The position numbers and the translations under genes are program-made. From Octopus sinensis (lineage: Eukaryota), in the NCBI RefSeq assembly GCF_006345805.1, contig NC_043003.1, positions 102,114,001 to 102,178,000 of the forward strand: DNA of 64,000 nt, given 5' to 3'. The notes under the pieces are model-generated. The model was not told where the DNA came from, did no database searches, and saw nothing but the letters and a program-made list of their open reading frames with translations. Below are positions 37,975 to 50,820 of the stretch, piece after piece; position 1 is the first letter of the stretch; every line of letters starts with the position of its first letter.

Positions 37975-38425
37975 CGTGGCCCCTCTTGAAGACCCTGACA
38001 TAGAAGATCAATAGCTTTGATATCAGAGTCCTGAGAACCATCAATAATATCAGCTGGTACCATCACGTTTCCAACAAAGAACTGTATGCATGCACCCAGT
38101 GTGTAGCCTCCCACCTGATAGCTATCCATCACATACACTTGTACTGGACATGTCCTCCAGCTCCTGCTTGATCATCCTACCAGGGCTTCACTCTCATTCG
38201 ATATAGCAGCTGCTGAATGGAGGAAGCCTCATGGCTGGATGTGATTAAGGAAGATCTCCAGAGGTTCAACACCACCTTGGAAGATGCAGAGAAGCTGGCA
38301 TGGTACCACCAGCAATGGAGAGCACTGGCTGACCTGACCAGCTCTACACATGATGTCATCTCTGGGACCACTAACCTAGGATGACCCCAACCCCATCAAG
38401 CAAGAGTGTGAAGCAAGCAAGCATA
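37975..38425 (+). mobile_element. RTE-like LINE 3' end with (GCAA)n tail
   Basis: TWPLLKTL..KINSFDIRVLRTINNISWYHHVSNKEL ... WLDVIKEDLQRF. Confidence 0.7.
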
Positions 38426-39281
38426 AATAATTTAGTAACATAATACTTGTCATTAATAATCTGGTGTTAAGGTGGTGAGCTGCTGGAATCTTACTGCACC
38501 AGGCAACATGCTTGGCAGTATTTTGTCCATCTTTATGTTCTGGGTTCAAATGCTGCTGGGATTGACTTTACCCTTCATCCTTTTGGGGTTGATAAAATAA
38601 GTAGCAGTTGACCACTGGAGTTGATGCAATCATCCAGCCCACTTCCCTTGAACTTGTTAGTCTTGTGGCAAAATTTAAAACCATTATTAGTCTGGCGTTT
38701 GGAACATTAATTAACATGAAATTTTAATGGAAGGTTTTAATTTGGATGACTTTAAAAGGGTAAGTTTGTATCAGATGGGTTGGTATCAAAGGATTAAATA
38801 TGTCACTATTTAATATTTATCTCATATTATCTCTGGCTACATAACTTTGGTACCTTTTAAGCCAACAAGAGAGCCTCTACTTAGACATCAGACTTTCTGG
38901 AAATAGCTGTGAAATCTCCTTCATCTCATACCCTAGTGTTGTAAAAAACAAAGGACAGAATGGAAGATGATCCAGTTCTAGGTATTCTAAAGGTCTTCTT
39001 TAGGTGTACAGGCTCTTGAAGTAGGAGCTTAATTGGATTTTCAGTGTTTATGCAATTGAGAGTACAAGGTACCCCACCTCCTGATCGCATGCCAGTCCAG
39101 CACAGGACTGACTTCTACCCTATAACAGCTACTGGTACTTATTTTCAACTGAGTGAACTAGGACATCATGAAATGAAGTTATCATTTCAAATAAAACACT
39201 TCCACTCACTCACAAATAATGTTTTTTCTTACAAACCTCATTCTATTAACATAATACTTGTCACCATCTTGAGGCATAATG

Positions 39282-39320
<39 letters not shown>

Positions 39321-40032
39321 TTATATGTGTATTCTTTCTTTTTATTTGTTTCGGTCATTGGACTGTGGTCATACTGGGGCACAGCCTTGAAGGGTTGGTC
39401 AAACAAATTGGCCCCAGTACTTACTTTTCTTTTTTTAAGTCTGATACTTTTATACTATCTTTTTTGCGGAGTGTCAAGTTACAGGGATATAAACAAACCA
39501 ACACCAGTTGTCAAGCGGTGTGACAGGAAAACAAAAACAAGACGACACCCACAAATATATACATACATACATATATATGTTTATATATGTATGTATACGT
39601 ATGTATATACATATGTATATATATGTGTATATATATATATGTTTGTGTACAACAACTCTACTACTACTGACCTCCTACAATGACTGACTGACTTTATAGT
39701 GGCTGTTCATACCACTTTGTCATGTAGGATGAGGAGTACCATTTTCACTACAACAGTATGTAGGTAGAATTAAATTAGGCAGCTGTTTAACGATATATCA
39801 CCAAAAAGGAAGACTATAATTGTGATTAACTATGAAAGATGGTATTAGGACACCTGCAATGCTAGAAATAAGAGTTAAAATGCTCTGATGCTGCAGTGAA
39901 TGCACACAGTTGTATACATACACACTGACAACAACAAGAAAGGTTCCGTTAGGGCCTTTGAAACATTAAGTAGCACCGAATCTGAATCAAACTGTTTTGA
40001 ATAATATATATATACATACATATATATATATA

Positions 40033-41257
40033 CTAGCAGTATAGCCCGGCTTTGCTCGGGATTAAGTTAAGATTATTAAGCTAATCAAGCTCTTTATTTC
40101 AAACCAAACTAAGTAACATCGACATCAAATTTGAGTGAAATTCGTTGAAATTGGTAAACTTTTGGCTGAAAATGAGTTGCTGATAATTTGATTGGGAGAT
40201 CCAATAAGGAATCAGTTTATCGATTTTTTTTTTCCGTTTTTGGAGAACTAAAGCATTCAAAGATCCTACGAGTCCTAAGTAATGCTGGCTTCAAGTTTGA
40301 ACAAAATACATCAAAATTGGTAAAAGTTATGGTTGAAAATGGGGTGTAGTCAATTTTAGTGGGAAGTCCTCTAAGGAATCGGTTTATCGATTTTTTTTTA
40401 TCCTGATTAAATAGAAAACCCCATAAGGAATCAGTTTATTGATTTTTCACTCCAAATAGGACTTAACCGAACATTGCTGATTCAAAAACATCAATATTTA
40501 TACTTTAAAGTTGGTTTTTGTACCCAACCCAGTTCTGCAGAATCAATGTCGTGACAGGAGCACATAGGCTGGGAGTTTGATTGGCAGAGGTGATCAGGTT
40601 GCATATGCCAACCCTTTTGAAAACACCACTCCCATCATGTAACCCCATTTTGCCCATGGGTTGGGAACCCTTTCAGCTAGGAAAATAGAACGCCCAAAAG
40701 GGCCCCCGATCGTCTGTGTGAGAAGCGGTTATGTTCAGATCACAACCAAGTATATATATATGGGTAACACACACACATACATGTGTTTTGTACGCATACA
40801 TGTTCGTGTGTGTGACTGAAGCCATTCACACATACATACGTACATAACAACCCCTATCTGTCTGTTTTTGCCTCTCAATCACTCACTAAAAAGACGAAAT
40901 TTTAAAAATTCTGTTCTCTCTCTCTCTCTCCCCCTCTCTCTGTCTCTGTCTGTCTGTCTCTCTCTCTCTCCCTCTGTTTCCACCGTCACTAGAAGGGGAC
41001 TTAACTCATATTTGCAAATGGCATATTTCTCCGATTTAAAAAATGTTTAAACATTACGGTTCAAAATTATTTTTACTGTTATTTGCTGGTGCCTTGGGGG
41101 AAAATAATTTGATGAAAATACAGCTAGGGACATGACGAATGTCCTCCTAAAATTTGAGTGACATGTGTGCTAATTTGTGGATGTGCATAAACTATGTTCA
41201 CGTACACACACACACACACACACCACACACACACATCCTGCCTTTTATATATACAGA
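40033..41257 (-). mobile_element. Longer Helitron-like element sharing the CTAG/hairpin 3' end
   Basis: ctagcagtatagcccggctttgctcggg at 40033 and cttttatatatacaga at ~41242-41257; different interior. Confidence 0.7.
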
Positions 41258-42569
41258 TATCTCACAAATATCATACCATACCATGTCAAAGAAGGAAAGG
41301 CATATTGGAAAAGGATCTACTTCTAATGTTTTAGCCTATAAAAACCCCCACAAAATGAGGAGATGGTCATAGCTGGGATACTTGATCATAAGTCTCTTTA
41401 ATCAGGACTGACTTCAAGTTAAACAAGCTGGAAATGTAATCCTTTAGCATTCAGATTATTCTGTCAAATGAAATGTTTATGTATTCACATTTCTTTGAAT
41501 AAATCTTAAAGCTACAAGATTTAGATGGGATTGTTTATTTTCACAATGACAGTGAAGGAAAGGTGTGAGAGATTAGATCTGGCCAGTTTGAACATAAAAC
41601 ATGTAGGATTCTTGGGTCAGATATGGATGGTTTGATTGCTAAAGAGTTATTAACTCTTTTGTTAACATATTTCTGTTGTAATACAGTTGCTATGTTTCAA
41701 TTCATTTTGAAATTATAGAAGAATTTAGTAAAAAAACTTTATTATTAAGCTGCTGTTTAGAATATAAATTAACATGGAATTTTAATGGTGGTTTTAATTT
41801 ATATAATTTTAAAACATGGATTTTGCATTATAAAACCAGGGCCAGTCTCTGGCAAGTTGCTGTCAAAAGGTTTAAATATATTTAAGAAATTAAATATTGA
41901 GTGATGATAAAATTAATCTAATTTGTCTGAGTTAGTGTTAGTTTGAGGAGACCTCTTGTGATGGCTGTATCTGTCTAATGTTTGTATGAAATATAAATAT
42001 TTGAACAAAGCAAAATAAATTATTGGCTCTGTAAGTGTAGTGTGATGGAGGAAAAGGACAACAGAAAAAGAAGCAACGGGAGAAAGAAATACAAAAGGCC
42101 TTACCTCGGCGAAATCAGTGATCTCTCACGAATTCAACACATCCTGCCTATGCTGGAACTGACCACGCTTCCTCGCTGACCACACGTGCTTCTTGCTACG
42201 CATGCACCCTTCACCCTTCCGCCAGCCCCTGCAAGCCCTACTTCCGCCCACCTCATCTGTCATCCTCTCCACCAACACCACATAGCTCATCATGGCCCAT
42301 AACACCGACTGCCAACACCACAGTAAGTATGGAAAAAATGGCATTACCATCATCTTTTAAGATTTACCAAAGTGTAAATATACAGTTAACCTTAGAGATT
42401 GTACACTGAAGATAGTTAATTTTCAATAACTTCTTTCAAATTCTAGAACATGCTTTGCAAGGTCAAATTACAATTGACATTTAGTAGAAATACACATGCA
42501 CACATACACACAAACATGCATATACACATATATACATTCACAAATATATAAATACATATGCATATGTTA

Positions 42570-43060
42570 TATATAAGACCGTCAACAGGATTCCATACTC
42601 TGTGATCAGTAGTTGCTAAGAGGCATGGATTTAACGAATGATTTTTGTCAACATGGTTGGAGTAGGCAGGGGTCCATCAGGACTCAGTTCTCAGGGCTTA
42701 TCCATTCAATAATAGTCCTTCAAGCTATAACAGAGGATTTTAAGTTTGCTGCTTGCTATGATTCTTACATGCTAATGACCTAATTTTCATAGCTGAATCC
42801 AAAGGAGAATTAGAGATGGAAGCCAACCTAGAATCATATGTCTCTAGGTAGAATTAACAAAAATTAATGTATTAGTAAGTAGGTATAACACAAAATCCTA
42901 CCACAATCAGGGAAATGGCATTACTTGAGATATAGGAAAGGAGGTAGATATTCCACATAGTGACCCTAGTGTAAACTATGGACACAAGAAATGTAATGGG
43001 ATCTAGGCTAATTAGTCACATGTAACTAATTAGCTGTGTGAATAAGCATGATAAAAGAAT
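42570..43060 (+). mobile_element. RTE LINE fragment, decayed
   Basis: GVHQDSVL remnant of GVHQGSVLSP. Confidence 0.5.
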
Positions 43061-43350
43061 AGTACATAGAATAATATATATATATATATAATAAACATCA
43101 AAGTTGGTTTGTAATCTGAATCTCCGTTAATTACCTCATAAATTTGTGGTTCTGAAGAAGTTGATTTATTTTAATATTTGATATAGCTTTTGTGTTATTT
43201 GTTTTTTTTAAAATAATTTTTTGAATTAAATATTTTTCATGAGACAAAAATCAGTTCAGTCATGTTTTCATTTAAATAAAATTCAAATAAAATTCAAATA
43301 ATCAAAGATAAAATTTGTTCATAGTGGAAATTGAATCCAACTTTTATATA

Positions 43351-43534
43351 GGTGTAGGAGTGACTGTGTGGTAAGTAGCTTGCTTACGAACAACATGGTT
43401 CTGGGTTCAGTCCCACTGTGTGGCACCTTGGGCAAGTGTCTTCTACTATAGCCTCGGGCTGACCAAAGCCTTGTGAGTGGATTTGGTAAATGGAAACTAA
43501 AAGAAACCCATCGTATATATATGTGTATATATAT

Positions 43535-43577
<43 letters not shown>

Positions 43578-43782
43578 ATGTTTGTGTGTCTGTGTTTGTT
43601 CCCCCAACATTGCTTGACAACTGATGCTGGTGTGTTTATGTCCCCGTAGCTTTGCGCTTTGGCAAAAGAGACCAATAGAATAAGTACTAGGTTTAGAAAG
43701 AATAAGTCCTAGGGTCGATTTGCTCAACTAAATGTGGTGCTCCAACATGGTCACAGTCAAATGAGTGAAACAAGTAAAAGAG
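43351..43782 (+). mobile_element. tRNA-derived SINE family A, full length with internal microsatellite
   Basis: tRNA-like head (tgtgtggtaag...ggttcagtccc), ccttgggcaagtgtctt core, tail gaaacaagtaaaagag; other copies 51988-52377(-), 37085-37430(-), 55950-56120(-), 3400-3720(+), 14400-14580(+). Confidence 0.85.
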
Positions 43783-43894
43783 TATAGCTTTATTGAGCTA
43801 TTTTTATACAAAAATACTTCTTCATTGTAGGAACAATCTTTTTTAATCTCTGAAGGTAAACCAATAAAATTTTGTAATAGCATTTTATTAATGA

Positions 43895-44260
43895 CTAGCA
43901 CTATGACCCGGCAACGCCAGGTCATAGTGTTAGTGCATGCATATACAGCTGCGTGTGTGCACACATACACGCGAGTACTGCCCAAATCTCTGACCAATCA
44001 CATACAGCTAGCTGGTATTCAATTGGCGTATCAAGTTTCCAGCATTTTGATTGGGTTTTGGATAGAAAATTCACAAAAAAGTCACTTCTATTGATTTTTT
44101 AATGGCTTTGCAGGCTGACTGGGGAAATGTAAAGATGTGCATAACCATCCATGGACAGTTTTGAATGACCATAGAAAGTGCGAGCCCTCTAACTGAAAAA
44201 TTGTGGATTTGTATAAAGGACACACACACAGACAGGCATTTTGCTGTTTATATATATAGA
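43895..44260 (-). mobile_element. Helitron-like element, third variant
   Basis: ctagcactatgacccggcaacgccagg 3' end and tatatataga 5' end. Confidence 0.65.
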
Positions 44261-44398
44261 GGTAACAAATCTGTTTACTAACAGTTCTCTACTAAATGTC
44301 TATATTAGATTAATTTTTCATTTCATTTTCTTTTCTAGAAAATGCCATGTGTTGACTATATTTGTGAATGAGAAGAGCATAGAAATATAGTTACAAGT

Positions 44399-44437
<39 letters not shown>

Positions 44438-44441
44438 TATA

Positions 44442-45740
44442 TCTCTTATTATAAAAGGCAGATTTTATCTGCCTCCCTTTGTCACTTATGGAAATCTACA
44501 ATATAGGATTTCTTCAATTACAATTTACCTAGCATTTTTAAGAGTAGAATGCATCGGGTCATGCCAGGTCCAGTTTTTAAAATTTAAACTCCAATTAAGC
44601 AAAATTTACAGAAAACTCACATTCTTGTGTGTATATCAAATGCTTTTCTTAGTCTGGTTTACAGCACACGCAAACGCACACACACAGTGTGCAACGAATA
44701 AAGTGAAACTAATTCACTGTGAGTGTGTTGACAGGTAGACAATAGAATGCGATGGCGATGTAATATTTGTTTCTGTCTATCACGTTGATAGATACATGAG
44801 TAAAATGTATGGCAAGCTAAGAGATAAGAGTGAGTGAAAATGTTCTTGGAAGAGAGTAAATAGCGACAGAGTGATTTGAGGAAGACTAAACTGAAAGTAT
44901 GAAACAGTGTTTATGTATAAACAGACGACACTTATATATAGTTATTAATAAATGTATGCATCCGTTTAACCCTTTCGTTACCAAACCGCCCGAATTTACC
45001 TATTCATATTTAAATGAGAATATCAGAGTAAATCTCTTTAGTACATTCGTGAAAACATGTATTATACTTCGTAAACACTTCAAATACAGTTTTGTACAAA
45101 AATCGAAGTGTAATTTTAATTCCGTGAATTATGGGAGATTTTTTTCCGAAATTTGTTCCTATTGTGTTTTCAAAATTTGTAATTCTGACAAAAAATGGAT
45201 ACGAATTTCATTATATCAAGCAGCGAGTCAGAATTCGAAGGATTTTCTACTGAAGACCTTCATAAATCTAACTCTATGACTGAAAAAAAAAGCATCTCAT
45301 ATTATAAAAGGCAGATTTTATCTGCCTCCCTTTGTCAGTTATAGAAATCTACAATATAGGATTTCTTCAATTACAATTTACCTAGCATTTTTAAGAGTAG
45401 AATGCATCGGGACATGCCAGGTCCAGTTTTTAAAATTTAAACTCCAATTAAGCAAAATTTACAGAAAACTCACATTCTGGTGTGCATGTCAAATGCTTTT
45501 CTTAATGTGGTTTACACCACACGCACACACACAGTATGCAATGAATAAAATGAAAGTAATTCACTGTGTGTGTGTTGACAGGTAGACAATAGAATGCGAT
45601 GGCGATGGCGATGTAATATTTGTTTCTCTCTATCACGCTGATAGATACATGAGTAAAATGTATGGCAAGCTAAGAGATAAGAGTGAGTGAAAATGTTCTT
45701 GGAAGAGAGTAAATAGCGAGAGTGATTTGAGGAAGACTTT
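44442..45740 (+). mobile_element. Two tandem ~450-bp Helitron/Helentron-like 5' halves (44442-44918, 45295-45738) separated by a TTAA-CCCT MITE fragment
   Basis: Both start TCTC(T/A)TATTATAAAAGGCAGATTTTATCTGCC with a subterminal hairpin; the copies are highly similar. Confidence 0.65.
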
Positions 45741-45792
45741 ACATTAAATAACCATAGTGGCTTGTATATATATATATATATATATATACATA

Positions 45793-46050
45793 CATAAGAC
45801 AGTAAGGTGTGATTTGAGGGAGATTTGGCTGCTATTTCTACCATGTCTAGCTGCCATGTAGGGGTCTCCCTCATAGGCTCATACATACATATATACATAG
45901 ATAAGACAGTAAGGTGTGATTTGGGGGAAATTTGGCTGCTATTTCTACCAGGTCTAGCTACCATGTAGAGGTCCCCCTCATTGGCTCATATTCATACATA
46001 AGACAGTAAGGTGTGATTTGAGGGAGATTTGGCTGCTGTTTCTACCAGGT
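45793..46050 (+). repeat. Tandem ~100-bp unit x3
   Basis: cataagacagtaaggtgtgatttgagggagatttggctgctatttctacca repeated three times. Confidence 0.85.
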
Positions 46051-46413
46051 CTGTTGGGCCTTCTCATGTAAACTCAAGCTTTCTCATGCCTTGAACATAA
46101 GACCAAAGCAGAGAATGTATTCTTTTATTCTTCTGCTTTTTCCAGCCATTGGTCTGTGGCCATGCTGGGGCAATGCCTTGAAGAATTGTAGTTTAATGAA
46201 TCAACTCCAGTTTTATTTTTGTAAGCATTGTACTTATTCTATCTGTTTCCTTTGTCAAACCACTAGGTGACAGGGATGTAAACAAACCAACATTCGTTGT
46301 CAAGTAGTGGTGGAGGACAATCACAAGCACAGACACGCACACACACATACATGCATACACATATACACACATACATACATACATACATATATATATATGT
46401 GTGTATATATATA

Positions 46414-46672
46414 TTGCAGCGTGGAAGGTGTTTGTAAGCCATTTAAGAAACACACAAAAACCGTTAGATTCACTTCAACATTTAAATTTAATTTGCAAAA
46501 ATATTTTCCTCGCTTTGAGACCGCGACCTGTTAGCATGATATTTTTGTCAGTGAACAGGTCGCGGTCTCAAAGCGAGGAAAATATTTTGGCAAATTAAAT
46601 TTAAATGTTGAAGTGAATCTAACATTTTTTGTGTGTTTCTTAAATGGCTTATAAACACCTTCAACGCTGCAA
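46414..46672. repeat. Fold-back element, 119-bp arms with 21-bp spacer
   Basis: 46414-46532 vs 46554-46672, few mismatches. Confidence 0.95.
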
Positions 46673-46744
46673 CTGTTTTTGTTCCAGCATACGATCTCAG
46701 ATCAAGTCACTTGCTATGCAAGTACATCTCTGTAACTATATATA

Positions 46745-46781
<37 letters not shown>

Positions 46782-46844
46782 TGGTAAAAACAGTAAGATA
46801 ACAAAAGAAAGAAAGTGACCTCAATATTATGTAAATAGAGGAAA

Positions 46845-47239
46845 TCTTTATATATAAAAGTGAGGTTGTGTGTCTGTCTCCTACGATTTAGATTCCTAGC
46901 TACTCCCACATTTTGCGTTGCAGTTTAACCAAAACCGGGTATCTTATAGTCGTGATTCATATCGAGACCGTCTGGGTATTAGCGCGCGTCTACAATGAGT
47001 CTACGATTTAAAAAAAAATTTACCATCAATTTTTCCCATTTTTAATCCATTTTTGACATATATAAGGGAAGTAACTCTCTAAAATTTATTATTAAATCTC
47101 AGAACGTAAAAAGCTACAGTAACACCCCTCCTCCTTTGTGGTTAGCCATATTGAGATGGCTATTATACTTTACATCTCTAAAAATGCTTATATAATTATT
47201 TCCCTTACAAACCCGAGCAACGCCGGGCGATACTGCTAG
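46845..47239 (+). mobile_element. Non-autonomous Helitron (A|TC ... hairpin-CTAG|T)
   Basis: Starts TCTTTATATATAAAAG, ends acccgagcaacgccgggcgatactgCTAG, inserted between A and T, no TSD. Confidence 0.85.
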
Positions 47240-47264
47240 TATATATATATATATATATATCATC

Positions 47265-47590
47265 ATCATCATCATCATCATCGTTTAGCGTCCGTTTTCC
47301 ATGCTAGCATGGGTTGGATGGTTCAACTGGGGTCTGTGAAGCCAGAAGGCTTCATCAGGCCCAGTCAGATCTGGCAGTGTTTCTATGGCTGGATGCCCTT
47401 CCTAACGCCAACAACTCCGTGAGTGTAGTGGGTGCTTTTTACGTGCTACCCGCACAGGTGCCAGACAGAACTGGCAAACGGCCACGAACGGATGGTGCTT
47501 TTTATGTGCCACTGGCACGGGGGCCAGGCGAGGCTGGCAACGGACACGAACGGATGGTGCTTTTTACGTGCAACCGGCATGAGGCCAGTC
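47265..47590 (-). mobile_element. SINE-like element with (GAT)n tail and internal ~60-bp tandem units; many degenerate copies across the window (e.g. ~5620-5790, 8690-8890, 14945-15130, 18655-18830, 19450-19620, 48940-49170)
   Basis: Recurrent aggaagggcatccag...aacccatgc.agcatggaa...gttaaatgatgatgat motif. Confidence 0.75.
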
Positions 47591-47594
47591 GGGG

Positions 47595-47639
<45 letters not shown>

Positions 47640-49186
47640 TGTATATGGTAACTATTGTATGTGTATGTAAATGTTTGTGCACATCCTATGTTTATGTGTG
47701 CAATATAATAGTGTTCAGTAATGATTTTTCAGAAATCCTTTTTTAAATACTTCTATTCTTCTGTACAAAGAAAACCTATTTCATAAAATATATTTAGAAT
47801 TTTGAAACATTAGGAATATTATCTTTTTATTTATTTATTTTTATTAAAATACATGTCTGACTCTTTCAAAAACTCATATAGTCCATCATTTTGTACACTT
47901 TTTAAGTTGTCTCTTTGTGAAGCAGACTTGGTAATTTTCCATCTTCTCAACTGGGGACCAAATTGCCCAAATTCAACTTACGTTTTCTGTCTATTTCTTC
48001 TAAAACAAATCTACCTCAGCTATCACTTTATGTCTTTCTTGTTATAAAGAGTCTTTATTTTAAGTATTTTGTTCTTGCATTGTGTCAATGCAAGAACAAA
48101 ATACTTAAAACAAATCATTAGCATGCTGAGCAAAATGCTCAGTGGTATTTCGTCCGTCTTTCTGTTCTAAGTTTAAATTCTGTGCAGATCAACTTTGCCT
48201 TTTGACCTTTCTGTGTTGATGAAATAAGTACTTGATATAATCGACTAGCATCCATCCCAAAATTTCAGGCCTTGTGCCTTTAGTAGAAAGTCTTATTTTA
48301 TTAAGCTAAGTTTATATTTCTTTTGTTTCAAGTCACAGTCTTCTCTTATTTGATGTAAATTTAAGGACAATTGCCTTAAGGGTAGGGAGCCAAATATAGA
48401 ATTATAATAAAATCTTCAGAAATTGATTCTGTTTAGGATAGAATATTTCTTTAGCTCTCTATTGTGGTGAGAGAAGTATTACAAATTAATTAAATCTAGT
48501 CTGTATTTTGGATTCTTGTGGACCTGTTAACTAAGATAGGGTTGATTTCTTTCTGTGAGAACTTTTCACTAAAAAGTTTATAAAGTTAACTCTTATATGG
48601 TTTGTTATAAGTGCTAGAAATATATTTACTGAATAAAATTTGATTTAATAGATTTAATTCTAATAGTTATCATTTCCTCTTTTTAATTTTGATTGCAAAT
48701 TTTGATACAAGGCAACAATTTTGTGGGAAGGGGTAAGTCAATTTCTTTAATCCCAGTATTCAACTGTTACATATTTTATTGACCCCCAAAAGGGATGGAA
48801 AACGAAGTCAACCTCAACAGAATTTTCCCTTTTTTCCCTTTAATCACATTTCCTATCATACTTTAATCTCCCATCATTCAATCATACTTCAGTCTTTCAA
48901 CAACTAGTACAAAGTCACCTCCATCATTTTTACTTCCTTCCCAGTTCAGGAATCTTGCCTTGTAACTTACATGGGGATCCTACCGGTGCTGGTGCTGCGT
49001 AAAAATCACTCAGCATACTCTGTAAAGTGGTTGATATTAAGTAGGGCATCCAGTTGTAGAAACCTTGTCAAAGCAGGCAGTGAAGCTACTGGCTCGTCAG
49101 CTCTTGTAAAACCGTACAACCCATGCCAGCATAGAAAATGTTAAATGGTCAGGATGATGATGATGATGATATACATATATATATAT

Positions 49187-49428
49187 AAGGCAGTGAGCTG
49201 GCAGAATCGTTTGCACGCCGGGCGAAATGCGTAGCTGTATTTCGTCTGCCGTTACGTTCTGAGTTCAAATTCCGCTGTGGTCAACTTTGCCTTTCATCCT
49301 TTTGGGGTCGATAAATTAAGTACCAGTTACGCACTGGGGTCGATGTAATCGACTTAATCTGTGTGTTCCGTGTGTCTGTCCTTGTCTGTCCACTCTATGT
49401 TTAGCCCCTTGTGGGTAGTAAAGAAATA
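49187..49428 (+). mobile_element. tRNA-derived SINE family B
   Basis: Same consensus as the two copies above. Confidence 0.85.
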
Positions 49429-49933
49429 GATATATATATCGCCATATATATATATTGCCATACACACATTTTTTCTCTCCTAGTTTCTCTCCATGTTTTT
49501 TCTGTGTCCTTTTCTGTAGAAAAGCGTAGGCTTGAAACGTAAAAGACTTTTTCTATTCCTGAGCGTTATACTAATACATCTGTTTGTTTTGTACACCACC
49601 TGTCTTCGTCTTTTGTTGTTTTCGTAAACTCTCCCTATATATATATATATTATCATTGTAAAGAGATATTTATCACTTTCTTCTCTAATCTTCAGGTTGT
49701 CTTCGCTTAAAGATAGCCGTTGGTGACATAATTTTTGCTTGGTAGGGGCAGTAACTCAGTCGTATTTATACTAAAGTTGCTTCCCTTGGATCGTCTGTAA
49801 TTTACATGTTTAAAGAATTATTCATAAAGTGTATGATTTCTAGGTTTTGAAATTGCTAATTTAAATAATTTCCCAACAATGGAACAATACTTTAGTACTT
49901 ATCAGATATACCTGAACAGAAGAATATCATATA

Positions 49934-50805
49934 CAGGGTGCGATGGGTAAACTGTCACCATTTTATACTTTTAATTTCGTGCATGTGCATTGTTGTTTTT
50001 GATTTTGTTGACTACACAGTATAGTAGGGTCAGTTGGGCACCGTCTATAAGATAAACAGCATCGTAACTAAATTCACTCTGCCAGAATATTGGCAACGAT
50101 ATGCTGTACTGCTTGGTATTCACGCTTGAAACTTCACTACAAACATTTCAGAGTGTTTGGATGTCACTCTGAGGACATGTACCGAGAGTGATAAAAATCA
50201 AACATCCAGTCAACATTATGGGTTTTGGAGTGAACACTAGTGAAGGCGACGTTATTCCTCCATTTCATCTTCTCACGCGGCTTCAGACTAAACACGGAGG
50301 CCTACACCAAGTGCCTGGAGGAGGTAGTGCTGCCCTGGATCATGAGGGTGACTGTTGGAAGACCCTATGTCAGGCAACAACACTCTGCACCATGCCACAC
50401 AAGCAGGAGAACCCAGTCATGGCTGTCAGACAATTTCTGCTACCACATCACCCCTAATATCTGGCCACCTAACTCCCCAGACTGCGATCCCCTTGATTAT
50501 TATGTGTGAGGCATAGTTGAGCAAAAGACCAACAAAACTCCTTGTAGCACCAAAAATAACTGAAGGCAAGGATTACGGCAGCATTCACCAACTTAAACAA
50601 GGAGACCATCCAGGAGAGTTGTAGGAGATTTTGAAGTCTTCTGGAGGCCATGGTTGAAGCCAATGGTGATTTTATTGAATAAATTTAGTCTTTAGTATTT
50701 CAAAATATTTTTATGTAATTTTGGTAAATATATCTGTTAAAATGAGATGTCAGTGTTATTTTCCTTTTTGTGTAATTTAGACAATGGTTTATTCACCACA
50801 CTCTG
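49934..50805 (+). mobile_element. Internally deleted Tc1/mariner relic of maT (DD37D) type
   Basis: QQ(H)SAPCHTS...WPPNSPDCDPLDY, 37 residues between the H at the expected second-D position and the final D; degenerate TA-flanked TIRs CAGGGTG / CAGAGTG. Confidence 0.8.
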
Positions 50806-50820
50806 TATATGTGCATATAT

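Noticed and set aside
42126-42353. 75-aa minus-strand ORF
   Set aside because: No recognisable homology and it stops before the nearby donor-like site; kept only as an unexplained GC island.
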